This document shows, one piece after another, positions 40,197 to 49,230 of a stretch of DNA of 64,000 nucleotides. The DNA is from an uncultured virus (IMG/VR IMGVR_UViG_3300028888_000072) (taxonomy: Duplodnaviria > Heunggongvirae > Uroviricota > Caudoviricetes). Within the stretch, counting starts at the first letter, position 1. Every line of letters begins with the position of its first letter. Location: positions 1 through 64,000 of the IMG/VR virus record IMGVR_UViG_3300028888_000072; one strand, written 5' to 3'. Both the position numbers and the translations under genes were made by a program. The notes beneath the pieces are model-generated. The model saw only the letters and a program-made list of their open reading frames with translations. It did not search any database and had not been told where the DNA came from.

Positions 40197-41471
40197 TTAT
40201 TGATATTTCCATTTTATATTTTCGATTAAGCCTTTGACTTCTTCCTTAAATTCATTTACTTCAGTATGTATATCATTTGATAATGAGTTCATTCTACTTG
40301 TTAAATTATCGATTGACTTTACAGTACTTATGTTATTTATAAACGTTTGAAGTTCTTCTAAACGATTCTCAAGATTTGTTATACGAATATTTGTTTTTTC
40401 AAAATTATCCATAACTTTATTAAGTCTTAATAATACTTGAGAGAATGTTGCAAATGCAGCTCCTTTTTCTGATTTATATCCTTCTATTTCATATTTTGTA
40501 GAATAAGGGAATGGCTTAAATTGTGAACTTATTAATAATGACCAAACTGGTGACATTCCAGTTATAGCATCTTTATCAATTTCAATAAATGTATCATTGT
40601 CTTTATCTGCGTTAAGCCATATTCCCAATGGAACATTATGACGATATTTATTATCGTTATTTACATTTACAATATATGATTTATTTTCTTCATTATATTC
40701 ATCATAACCTAATATTGTATTATTTGATTTATAATTGATATCTGTTATTTCATATAAAGGAATCATAACATTTAATTTTATACTTTCAACAGAATCATCT
40801 AAATCAAATATTTCCATTGATTTAATATTACTATTTACAAAATATGCTTTATCATTATCATTATCATATATTGGCATAATACTTTCATATCCAGGAATTT
40901 GATTAATATTTTCCCATCCATAAATAGAATCAGAATCATCAATAATAGATTCTATAGTATTATTTTCTTCTTCATTTAAATTAATAACGCACTTCTTAAC
41001 AGTATCTAAATCAATTGTGCATATAATATCTGTATATATTCCATTGTAATCCTGTTCAGTTATTTCACTTACTAAAAAGTTTAAATCCCCTATATTAGGA
41101 GTTTCATTAAATTCTAATTCATTTGTTATATCATTTATTCTAATGAAATTTTCTCCAGTAGTTTCATCTTTAAAAATAACTTTTGATAATGCTTCAATTA
41201 AGTAAGCAAATGGACATATATGATCTTCTATATTTTCAGTATTGTCTCTTAAAATTGCTAATTTGTTTTCATAATAAGATACAAGAAATTGTATAAATTT
41301 CTTTTTAGATGAAGCATTCAAATTATTAATAGACATACATAAGAATCTTGAAGGAAACACTTTAGTATCGACACTTAAAAAATTTCCAGTTATTGATTCA
41401 GCATAATTACTAAATGTTAAGAACTTACTATCAGGTCCGTCTGTATAAAATAAATTTGTTTTACGTTTCAT
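40197..41471 (-). CDS. Putative structural protein with C-terminal coiled coil
   Basis: 424-aa ORF, first gene of the - strand operon. Confidence 0.7.
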   Translation of the reverse strand: MKRKTNLFYTDGPDSKFLTFSNYAESITGNFLSVDTKVFPSRFLCMSINNLNASSKKKFIQFLVSYYENKLAILRDNTENIEDHICPFAYLIEALSKVIFKDETTGENFIRINDITNELEFNETPNIGDLNFLVSEITEQDYNGIYTDIICTIDLDTVKKCVINLNEEENNTIESIIDDSDSIYGWENINQIPGYESIMPIYDNDNDKAYFVNSNIKSMEIFDLDDSVESIKLNVMIPLYEITDINYKSNNTILGYDEYNEENKSYIVNVNNDNKYRHNVPLGIWLNADKDNDTFIEIDKDAITGMSPVWSLLISSQFKPFPYSTKYEIEGYKSEKGAAFATFSQVLLRLNKVMDNFEKTNIRITNLENRLEELQTFINNISTVKSIDNLTSRMNSLSNDIHTEVNEFKEEVKGLIENIKWKYQ

Positions 41472-41680
41472 TATATGATTAATGATTTTACTATTTTATA
41501 TAAAAATAAATTAAAGTCTAAATATATGTTGAATAAATTTAATATGTTTCTATATTTTTATTATATAATTTACATTTTTTTAATTTGTTAACATTATATT
41601 TAAATTGAATAAAAACCATATATTTGACTATATATAAATATAACAATTAATAATTTAATAACTTTTAAAAATAAATTTAT

Positions 41681-42160
41681 ATGAATAGAAAAAAGACTGG
41701 TGTACGTTATTTGAATGTGAATTATAACGTTAATCCTAAGAAGAATGTAGTAGCTTGTCATTTGATTTTTGGTTTGAATTTAACTAGAATGCCGTTCGCA
41801 GAAATGCTTATACATAACGAACGTATTAATAAACTTTTAACTAAGGAGTTTAAGATTGATTGGATTGAGGATGAGTCTGGAGATATTAATCCTTATGTAA
41901 CTACACAGATTGTTGCTTTTGCTGATTGTGCTCCTGAGGATACTTTTGATGCAGATCTTGGTAAGAAGATTGCTTTGACACGTGCTCAGTCTGGAGCATT
42001 TGATACAGCTGCATATATTTATGACGTAATTCAGGATGAGTTACTAAAGATTGCTAATGAGTTTGATCTTAGAGCAGAGAATTGTGTATCGGCCATTCAG
42101 AAATGTAACGAGCATGTTGATTTTCTTACAGGATATACACCTGATGAAACTGACGAATAA
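41681..42160 (+). CDS. Conserved-looking phage protein
   Basis: CAPEDTFDADLGKKIALTRA resembles a common phage C.PED.FD...G..IA motif; promoter motif upstream. Confidence 0.7.
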   Translation: MNRKKTGVRYLNVNYNVNPKKNVVACHLIFGLNLTRMPFAEMLIHNERINKLLTKEFKIDWIEDESGDINPYVTTQIVAFADCAPEDTFDADLGKKIALTRAQSGAFDTAAYIYDVIQDELLKIANEFDLRAENCVSAIQKCNEHVDFLTGYTPDETDE

Positions 42161-42250
42161 TAATTAATACTAAGAAAAACATAAAGTATAGTATTTATTA
42201 GTATTGAAAGATATTAATAAGTATTATACTTTTAATCTTTAATAAGCTAT

Positions 42251-42706
42251 ATGTATTTGAATCTTTATACAAGAGAACTTCTTGATGCTATAGGTGCTAA
42301 AAACATATTTTGCTATCTTTTCGATACTTACATATTAAATAAAGAAAAAAGTAAACGTATATGTGCAAAGTATGAAATAGATGATAAAACAGAATTAGAT
42401 CAAAAGATTGAAATTGATTTAGATGATCATCACATTTGGGATAACGATATATTAGACGAATTTAATGAAGGCGATTTATATCAATATCTTGAAGATCGTG
42501 GATATGATTTTCCTCAATATGAAGAATCAATTGAATATGTACCATGCTGGGGTCAAGAACCAAAAGGATGGGATAATTATCAAGTTGTAGAAACATTAAA
42601 GGAAGTGTTTAATAGAAGATTTGGAAAAACATATACACAAGAAGAATTAAAGAAACAAGTTTGTGATGCCATAGATTGGTATTGTTTAGACGCAAAAAAA
42701 CAATAA
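42251..42706 (+). CDS. Hypothetical protein
   Basis: 151-aa ORF. Confidence 0.7.
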   Translation: MYLNLYTRELLDAIGAKNIFCYLFDTYILNKEKSKRICAKYEIDDKTELDQKIEIDLDDHHIWDNDILDEFNEGDLYQYLEDRGYDFPQYEESIEYVPCWGQEPKGWDNYQVVETLKEVFNRRFGKTYTQEELKKQVCDAIDWYCLDAKKQ

Positions 42707-42710
42707 TATT

Positions 42711-43451
42711 ATGAAATTAGTAGTATTTGATTTAGAAACAACAGGTCTTGATAGAACAAAAGATCAAATTATTCAGTTTGCAGGATTAAAGATTGATACT
42801 GAAACAAATAAAATTGAAGATGAATTAAATCTTTATATCTGCCCAACTGGAGATACATGGCATATTGATATTGCTGCATATTTTAAGCACCACATTACTC
42901 CAGAATTCTTAAAAGATAAACCAACGCTTGCTGATGTTGCACAACAGATAATTGATTTTATTGGTGATAATAGTATCCTTACATATAATGGAAATGGATT
43001 TGATATTCCATTTTTAAAGTCAGAATTAAATAAGTATGGGTATGATATAGATTTTGCAAATCGTGACTGTTATGATGCATTCCTTGAAGAAAAACGTCGT
43101 AATGGAATTACTCTTGAAAATACTTATAAGAGATATAAGGGTAAGACTATGGAGGAAGCAGGATTAAATGCTCATGATGCGTTTTCAGATATTAAAGCAA
43201 CGTATGCAGTATATTATGCTCAACAAGCTGAACAAGAATATGGGCCAGAAAAAATGTTTGGTGAAGACGGAGTAATCAAGGAAATGGATTTTAATGGAGA
43301 AATCAAACCATGTATGACTATTGGAAAATATCGTGGAGTATCACTTGAGTATATTGCAAAATATGATCAAGGATATCTTAATTGGGCAGTATCAGATAAA
43401 TGTAATTTTATTAATTCAACAAAGGAATTTATTAAACAATATATAAAGTAA
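42711..43451 (+). CDS. DEDDh 3'-5' exonuclease (DnaQ/Pol III epsilon-like)
   Basis: FDLETTG, YNGNGFDIPFL, AHDAFSDI; C-terminal GKYRG module. Confidence 0.92.
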   Translation: MKLVVFDLETTGLDRTKDQIIQFAGLKIDTETNKIEDELNLYICPTGDTWHIDIAAYFKHHITPEFLKDKPTLADVAQQIIDFIGDNSILTYNGNGFDIPFLKSELNKYGYDIDFANRDCYDAFLEEKRRNGITLENTYKRYKGKTMEEAGLNAHDAFSDIKATYAVYYAQQAEQEYGPEKMFGEDGVIKEMDFNGEIKPCMTIGKYRGVSLEYIAKYDQGYLNWAVSDKCNFINSTKEFIKQYIK

Positions 43452-43463
43452 ATTTATAGATTT

Positions 43464-44054
43464 ATGAATATTAACAAGGAAATTAAAAACGTAATGGTAT
43501 CTATTAAGGATACGAACGATGAGAATACAAAGAATCTTCTTAAGAAGAGATTGGGAGTAATGAAGTTTATTAAGACTGCATTTATGGAGTTCTTAACAAA
43601 TACTGAAAACTTTAATAAGATTTTAGGTTTTAAAAATTCAGATAATAAACCTTTATATCCATCACATATAGACAAAGTTACAGATAAAAATGGTAAGGAA
43701 GTTGAAGTTACTGTATTTGATATTGATATGAATGAACGTATTGAATTACTTCCTGAGAATATTCAACAGACTATCATTACAGAAATGGTAAGAGTTCGTG
43801 AAAAGAATATTAAAGCATATGGAAATGCAGGACGTCCTGAATTAGTTGAAAAGGAACAGTTTGAATATGATGTGCTTAGTGAGTTCTTGCCTAATGAAGC
43901 AACTGAAGCAGATGTAATGGAATATTTGAATGAATATTATCCAACTGGTATTGAAAAGAAATTTATGGGTAAAGTCATTAATGAAGTAAAAGCTGCATTT
44001 GAAAGAGTTAATGGCGGTATGGTTGCTAATTGCGTAAAGACTAAACTTGTATAA
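43464..44054 (+). CDS. GatB/YqeY-domain protein
   Basis: AY..AGRPELVEKE..E..VL..FLP and MGKVI..VK......V.G..V...VK..L. Confidence 0.8.
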   Translation: MNINKEIKNVMVSIKDTNDENTKNLLKKRLGVMKFIKTAFMEFLTNTENFNKILGFKNSDNKPLYPSHIDKVTDKNGKEVEVTVFDIDMNERIELLPENIQQTIITEMVRVREKNIKAYGNAGRPELVEKEQFEYDVLSEFLPNEATEADVMEYLNEYYPTGIEKKFMGKVINEVKAAFERVNGGMVANCVKTKLV

Positions 44055-44057
44055 ATT

Positions 44058-44357
44058 ATGAAAACAGATTATTTATTTAATCATGAACATAAATTGTTCA
44101 CATGTCTAAATCCAAAGAATACATTTAAGATTGATACATCTAATGGATATCCTGTAATGGTTACAACAAATGTAACAAAGAATACATCATGGAAAGATAT
44201 CTTTAATGGAAATTATGAATATGCAAATTCTGAAGGTACTCCAGAATATTTAATTGTTAATGGTGTTGAATATACTTATATTGATTATAAGTATGCAACA
44301 AAATATCGTAAGATTAAATTCTTTAAAGATAGCACATTAAATATACATATTGCTTAA
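44058..44357 (+). CDS. Hypothetical protein
   Basis: 99-aa ORF in an operon. Confidence 0.65.
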   Translation: MKTDYLFNHEHKLFTCLNPKNTFKIDTSNGYPVMVTTNVTKNTSWKDIFNGNYEYANSEGTPEYLIVNGVEYTYIDYKYATKYRKIKFFKDSTLNIHIA

Positions 44358-44361
44358 TATT

Positions 44362-45177
44362 ATGTTAGATAGAGAAGAAGTATTGTGCAAAGCATACGAA
44401 GATTGTATTCGTGAAATGTTTGCAAAAGCACAGCCATCTGCAGATTGGGACAATATAATTGCTGAAGTAAAGGCAGGTAAAATTGATGAAAAGAAAGATG
44501 GCCCAATATATGACCGTCATTATTTATCTTCTGAAGAATTTAAGTATATTCTTGATAAGTATATGAAAGCTTATCGTATTGAATCTGAATGGAAAGAAAA
44601 TGTAGAGGTTGTTGAAGAATATTTAAATAAAGGTGGTCATAAAGATAAATATATTAAAGATTGGGAAGATGAACATGGCCATCACCCAGGATATCGTTCT
44701 TATGAAGAAGTACCACCTTTAAAAGAACATATTGAAAATATAATTGAGGATGAATATGATGGTAATGGAGAAATTGCTAAAGCTGTTGCACAAAAAGTAA
44801 CAGATAAAGTAATGGAACTTATATCAACATGTAAGAATTTCTATTGTTTTAATTCAGATGAACAAAAATTTAGAAATACTGTATGCATGAGATGCTCACC
44901 TTCAGGAAGTAAAGATATTGTTAAGAAATGGTGGAAAGATCATTATGATGTTGATATTGAAATAGAAGAAAGAAACCCATTGCTTTTCTGGGAGCAGGAT
45001 TATTATGGGGATGATTTTGAAGAAATAATGGAAGAGGAAGACGGACCTGATTGGAAAGAAAAATGGGATAAGAAATGGAAAGACCAAGTTGCTGCTAAGA
45101 AAGCTGAACATGAAGCAAGATTAAAAGAATTACAGAAAGAATATGATACAAAAAATAAAGAAGTGGCTGAAGGATAA
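44362..45177 (+). CDS. Hypothetical protein
   Basis: ATG at 44362 (MLDREE...) preferred over TTG at 44350. Confidence 0.75.
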   Translation: MLDREEVLCKAYEDCIREMFAKAQPSADWDNIIAEVKAGKIDEKKDGPIYDRHYLSSEEFKYILDKYMKAYRIESEWKENVEVVEEYLNKGGHKDKYIKDWEDEHGHHPGYRSYEEVPPLKEHIENIIEDEYDGNGEIAKAVAQKVTDKVMELISTCKNFYCFNSDEQKFRNTVCMRCSPSGSKDIVKKWWKDHYDVDIEIEERNPLLFWEQDYYGDDFEEIMEEEDGPDWKEKWDKKWKDQVAAKKAEHEARLKELQKEYDTKNKEVAEG

Positions 45178-45313
45178 TTATATATATGATTCACGTCTTC
45201 CTAAAGCATGTAGATTATTTCCATGTTGTCTTTCATGTCCTGCATATTGTAATTGGAGAAAAATAATAAGAGAAGAATTATATGGAAAACAGAGATTATT
45301 TAATAATGCATAA
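45143..45313 (+). CDS. Small Cys-rich protein (56 aa, not in ORF track)
   Basis: MIQKIKKWLKDNYIYDSRLPKACRLFPCCLSCPAYCNWRKIIREELYGKQRLFNNA fills the gap between neighbours. Confidence 0.6.
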   Translation: MIQKIKKWLKDNYIYDSRLPKACRLFPCCLSCPAYCNWRKIIREELYGKQRLFNNA

Positions 45314-45791
45314 TGAACTACAATCATTAATTGATGATTTACATAATGATACAAATGAATTAATTAAGAAACGTGCAAATCATGAATTAAATCGTGTAGA
45401 TATTGATAACGCATATGATAAGATTAAAGATCATATAGAATTTATTCATCAATTATTTATAAAAGATTGTTATGAAATTATTAATAATGTTTATAATTCT
45501 CATGAATATGAATTAGCTTCTGTCGCAAATTTGAAACTTATTAAAATTGAAACACAACAAGCATTACAACGTTTTGTTATTGATTTTGATAAAGATATAC
45601 GTCCATTAATTATATATGAAATTATTTTTGGAAATGAATCAATAGAAGAAAAGATTCATATAAAAGAAGGATACGATAAAGACTATCTAACGATTGATAA
45701 CGTTGGTTATGTTCATCAGAATATGTATTTTATGAAAAAATATATATTAGAATTATTTGGATGGAATAATTTAGAAATAAATATGCAATAA
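45282..45791 (+). CDS. Hypothetical protein
   Basis: 169-aa ORF. Confidence 0.7.
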   Translation: MENRDYLIMHNELQSLIDDLHNDTNELIKKRANHELNRVDIDNAYDKIKDHIEFIHQLFIKDCYEIINNVYNSHEYELASVANLKLIKIETQQALQRFVIDFDKDIRPLIIYEIIFGNESIEEKIHIKEGYDKDYLTIDNVGYVHQNMYFMKKYILELFGWNNLEINMQ

Positions 45792-45793
45792 TT

Positions 45794-45967
45794 ATGCCAA
45801 ATTATGGATTTGATATTGAAACTTGGAATAAAATAAAAAGAACTGAATTTTTACGTAGTGGTGGAAATGGCTGGAAAGTTGATTTTACTGAAGCTTTAAA
45901 GAAAATTAAAGAACAAGAAAATTATGATAAAATCTGGGAATTAATCAAAAGGAAAAATAATTGGTAA
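45794..45967 (+). CDS. Small hypothetical protein (57 aa, not in ORF track)
   Basis: MPNYGFDIETWNKIKRTEFLRSGGNGWKVDF...; fills the gap with 2- and 8-nt spacers. Confidence 0.65.
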   Translation: MPNYGFDIETWNKIKRTEFLRSGGNGWKVDFTEALKKIKEQENYDKIWELIKRKNNW

Positions 45968-45975
45968 TATAAATT

Positions 45976-46458
45976 ATGAATGCATGTGAAGCAAAAATAT
46001 ATAATATAATTTATGATCTATTGTTTCCAATATCATTTTTTGGATTTATTGGAATATTAGTAGCTACAGGAATAACTAAAAATGAAAATATATTTGTAAT
46101 AGGAAGTGTAGTATTAATTACTATAGATGTTATTGCAATGTTTTATCTTTTCTTTAGTTGGAACAGAATTAAATTTTGGTTAAAGACAAAGTTAAAATAT
46201 AAGTTAACTAATGATGAAAAGATATTATGGAATAATATAATTCAAAAGGCACAAGTCGGATATAATGAATGGTGTGACGTAACAAAAGGAAATGATATAT
46301 GTGGTCCTTGGATTAAAGATTATACAGAAGAAGAAAATAACTTATTAGATAAAATACATAAATACTTTTATGGAGATGGGTGGTATGTTTCTATGCCAAT
46401 AAGTTGTGGTCAAGTAAATTATGTTATGTATGAAGATATAAAAAATAAAGTCAAATAA
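45976..46458 (+). CDS. Two-TM membrane protein
   Basis: Two N-terminal hydrophobic helices. Confidence 0.7.
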   Translation: MNACEAKIYNIIYDLLFPISFFGFIGILVATGITKNENIFVIGSVVLITIDVIAMFYLFFSWNRIKFWLKTKLKYKLTNDEKILWNNIIQKAQVGYNEWCDVTKGNDICGPWIKDYTEEENNLLDKIHKYFYGDGWYVSMPISCGQVNYVMYEDIKNKVK

Positions 46459-46460
46459 TT

Positions 46461-47327
46461 ATGAAGACAAAGGAAGAGCTTATTGATAATATACAATGCT
46501 GGGTATTTCAATTTAATCCTTATTGGGAAGATCCTGTAACTGATAGCGAATTGGTTAAGAATACTAAACAGACTTGTAATAATATAATATCATATTGCAA
46601 TATTATAGAAAATAATTTTAAGAAGGAACATAGAGGCCATACACCTTATGAAGAATTTGATCCTAAGGTTAAATATGCTATTCAGAATATAATTGAATTA
46701 GTAAGTGATGGCCGTGATTTATGGCATAAAGTAAAGTATACTAATGTAAGAGGAAATATATTTGATCCATTAGAAAAAGACAAACCTTATACACGAGAAT
46801 TTGATCATCATGTTGCAAATAATGGTCATCTTGATTTTGAAAATAATCCATTTGTTAGACTTAATCAAATTATTAATGATTGTAAAGAACTTATAGAAGT
46901 TATAGATTCTGAAAAAGCTACTAAGAATTTTGAAAAATTTGTTGGGAAGATTCTTTATTGGGAAAACTATGAATCAGGATCATGTGCAATTAAAATTGAT
47001 AAGATTAATAAAAACAATAAAGGAAAATATACATTTGATGGTGTATTAATATCATATGAAACTGTTAATGGTAGTTGTAATGGAGATGGATATATTATAT
47101 CAGATGTTGAAGATTTTCCATTGAAAGATCTTCCTTATTGCTATTGTGAATGGGATACTGAAGAAGATGCTTATGAATCTTTAAGTGGAGCAGAAGAAAA
47201 AACAATAAAAGACATATATACAGATTTGAAGTCAATGTCAATGAACCTTGTAGAACAGTATTTTTCTTGTAGAATATATGATCCTAAAAAGGAAGAAGTT
47301 GAAGAATATGATGAAGATGAAGAATAG
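46461..47327 (+). CDS. Hypothetical protein; only gene seen ending in TAG
   Basis: 288 aa, acidic tail, TAG at 47325-47327. Confidence 0.75.
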   Translation: MKTKEELIDNIQCWVFQFNPYWEDPVTDSELVKNTKQTCNNIISYCNIIENNFKKEHRGHTPYEEFDPKVKYAIQNIIELVSDGRDLWHKVKYTNVRGNIFDPLEKDKPYTREFDHHVANNGHLDFENNPFVRLNQIINDCKELIEVIDSEKATKNFEKFVGKILYWENYESGSCAIKIDKINKNNKGKYTFDGVLISYETVNGSCNGDGYIISDVEDFPLKDLPYCYCEWDTEEDAYESLSGAEEKTIKDIYTDLKSMSMNLVEQYFSCRIYDPKKEEVEEYDEDEE

Positions 47328-47357
47328 TATTTATTTTTAATAAAACAATTTATTAAA

Positions 47358-47603
47358 ATGATTCCTAAAAACCTAAGATCAGAGCATTCATCTCAACATA
47401 TGCCTGGTATGCCATGCCCGAATTGCGGAAATTTTATACCAACATCAATACAACAGATTCTTTTTTCTAAAAGCTTGTATTGCCCAATATGTGGTCTTAG
47501 TATTAATATAGATAAAAGAAAATCTGATAAAGCTTTAAAAATGCTTGAGAAGATTGACAAAGTACAAAAGAAATCTGAAGAATCATTACAAGTTTCAAAA
47601 TAA
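47358..47603 (+). CDS. Small zinc-finger protein
   Basis: CPNCG...CPICG followed by a helix. Confidence 0.75.
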   Translation: MIPKNLRSEHSSQHMPGMPCPNCGNFIPTSIQQILFSKSLYCPICGLSINIDKRKSDKALKMLEKIDKVQKKSEESLQVSK

Positions 47604-47619
47604 ATATATAAATACTAAC

Positions 47620-47949
47620 ATGCAATCTATTATTGATTATATATTAAAAGAAGAAGCTATTAAAGAAGAACTTTATATTAAGCAAACAATAATGGAAACT
47701 AAAGGTGATCCTATTGATGATCAATGGCTTAATGATGAAAAACCTGTTATGACTAAAGATGGCCGTCAGGCTATTATTGTTGATATTGATATGAAGGAAG
47801 TACCAAACATTATAAAAGGTCAAGTTAAGATTAAAGATAAACTTTTCGAATATGAATGGCTTGATGATGGCACCTGTAAGAAAGCATTAGATCAATTAGG
47901 AAATCCTAAGAAGCCTGAAGATGCAGATTCATTAGTAAAAGCAATTTAA
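47620..47949 (+). CDS. Hypothetical protein
   Basis: Likely start MQSIIDYILKE at 47620; KPVMTKDGRQAII motif. Confidence 0.7.
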   Translation: MQSIIDYILKEEAIKEELYIKQTIMETKGDPIDDQWLNDEKPVMTKDGRQAIIVDIDMKEVPNIIKGQVKIKDKLFEYEWLDDGTCKKALDQLGNPKKPEDADSLVKAI

Positions 47950-48109
47950 AAAAAAATATAAAAAAATAGTTTACAAGTATTGAATTATTTGATATTTGTA
48001 AACTATTTTGTATTAACAAATTTTAATATAAACGAGATAATTAACGATATCATAAGATATCATAGTATTAACCAGAGTCATGCCACTGACTCACAAAATT
48101 ATAAATATA

Positions 48110-49195
48110 ATGGCAACTAATAAAAATAAACAACGTTTACTTACTGCAAAGGATATTGAAGGTGATGTATTTGCTGGTTTTAAAAATGATAAAGAGCGTA
48201 TTAATTACATGAAGAAAGCTTACGGTAATATGCCTTTAGCTAAATCATTTGCAATATTCTATGGAGAAGAAGTTTCTCAAGAAACTAAACAAAATAAGAA
48301 CATTAATACTGTTGTAACAATTGAATTAGGACAAATTTATTCAGGTTATGTTAAGTCCTTTGATAAGAATGGTATTGTTTTTGAACTTCCCGGTGTAAAG
48401 GATGAGATTATATCAAAGGAGAATTTCAATGATTGTGCAACAGAAATCAATTCATTCTTGCTTTCACATGGAAACAAACTATTATTTGAAGTCCGTGAAC
48501 ATAAGGACAATAAGTATATTGTGTCAGTAATTACTGCATATTATAAGTATTGGACTAATACTATTAATAAAGCTATTCAGCATGAACAGGGAATTAATGT
48601 TCATATTGATTCTCTTGTGAAGGGTGGATATTTGTGCCATACTGATATTACACCTATCTGCCAATTGACTGGTAAGAATTATACTCATTCTGTATTTATT
48701 CCAGGTTCACATATTGTATTGAATATTGAACGTGACTTTGATAAATGGATTGGCAAGGATGTTGTAATTATTCCACAAAAGTTCGTAGAATTCAGACGTG
48801 ACTTTAAGACAGGATTAATTGAGAATTCATTGGTTGGATCTCGAAAGAAAGTACTTCAGATTCTTGGTATGAATAATATTCATGACATTTATAATAGATG
48901 GCTTCTTGCTAAGTCTAATGATAATGTTACATATGAATCAGAAATTTATGATGGAACTGTAACAGGTATTATCAATTCTAATAATAAGACAGGTATCTTT
49001 ATTGAATTGGATGATAAATATATCACTGGTCTTATGCCTATCGATGCTTCAGATTTGTTAGATTTCAAACCTGGTGATTCTGTTAAAGTTAAGATTTCAG
49101 AATTTGAAATCCAAGAAGGTAAAGAACCTTTCGCATATAATAAGAAAGGACAATTACTTAAATGTTTCGTTAGACCTGTATTTGCATTAGCATAA
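48110..49195 (+). CDS. Ribosomal protein S1-like protein (about three S1/OB domains)
   Basis: LGQIYSGYVKSF, KGGY...VFIPGSHI and GTVTGI...GIFIEL...ITGLM...KPGDSVKVKI. ATG 48110 preferred because 48080 is in a hairpin. Confidence 0.8.
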   Translation: MATNKNKQRLLTAKDIEGDVFAGFKNDKERINYMKKAYGNMPLAKSFAIFYGEEVSQETKQNKNINTVVTIELGQIYSGYVKSFDKNGIVFELPGVKDEIISKENFNDCATEINSFLLSHGNKLLFEVREHKDNKYIVSVITAYYKYWTNTINKAIQHEQGINVHIDSLVKGGYLCHTDITPICQLTGKNYTHSVFIPGSHIVLNIERDFDKWIGKDVVIIPQKFVEFRRDFKTGLIENSLVGSRKKVLQILGMNNIHDIYNRWLLAKSNDNVTYESEIYDGTVTGIINSNNKTGIFIELDDKYITGLMPIDASDLLDFKPGDSVKVKISEFEIQEGKEPFAYNKKGQLLKCFVRPVFALA

Positions 49196-49200
49196 ACAAT

Positions 49201-49226
49201 AAAGAGGTACCTTAAGGTACCTCTTT
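49201..49226. terminator. 26-bp perfect palindrome, likely bidirectional terminator
   Basis: AAAGAGGTACCTTAAGGTACCTCTTT between convergent genes. Confidence 0.75.
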
Positions 49227-49230
49227 TTAT

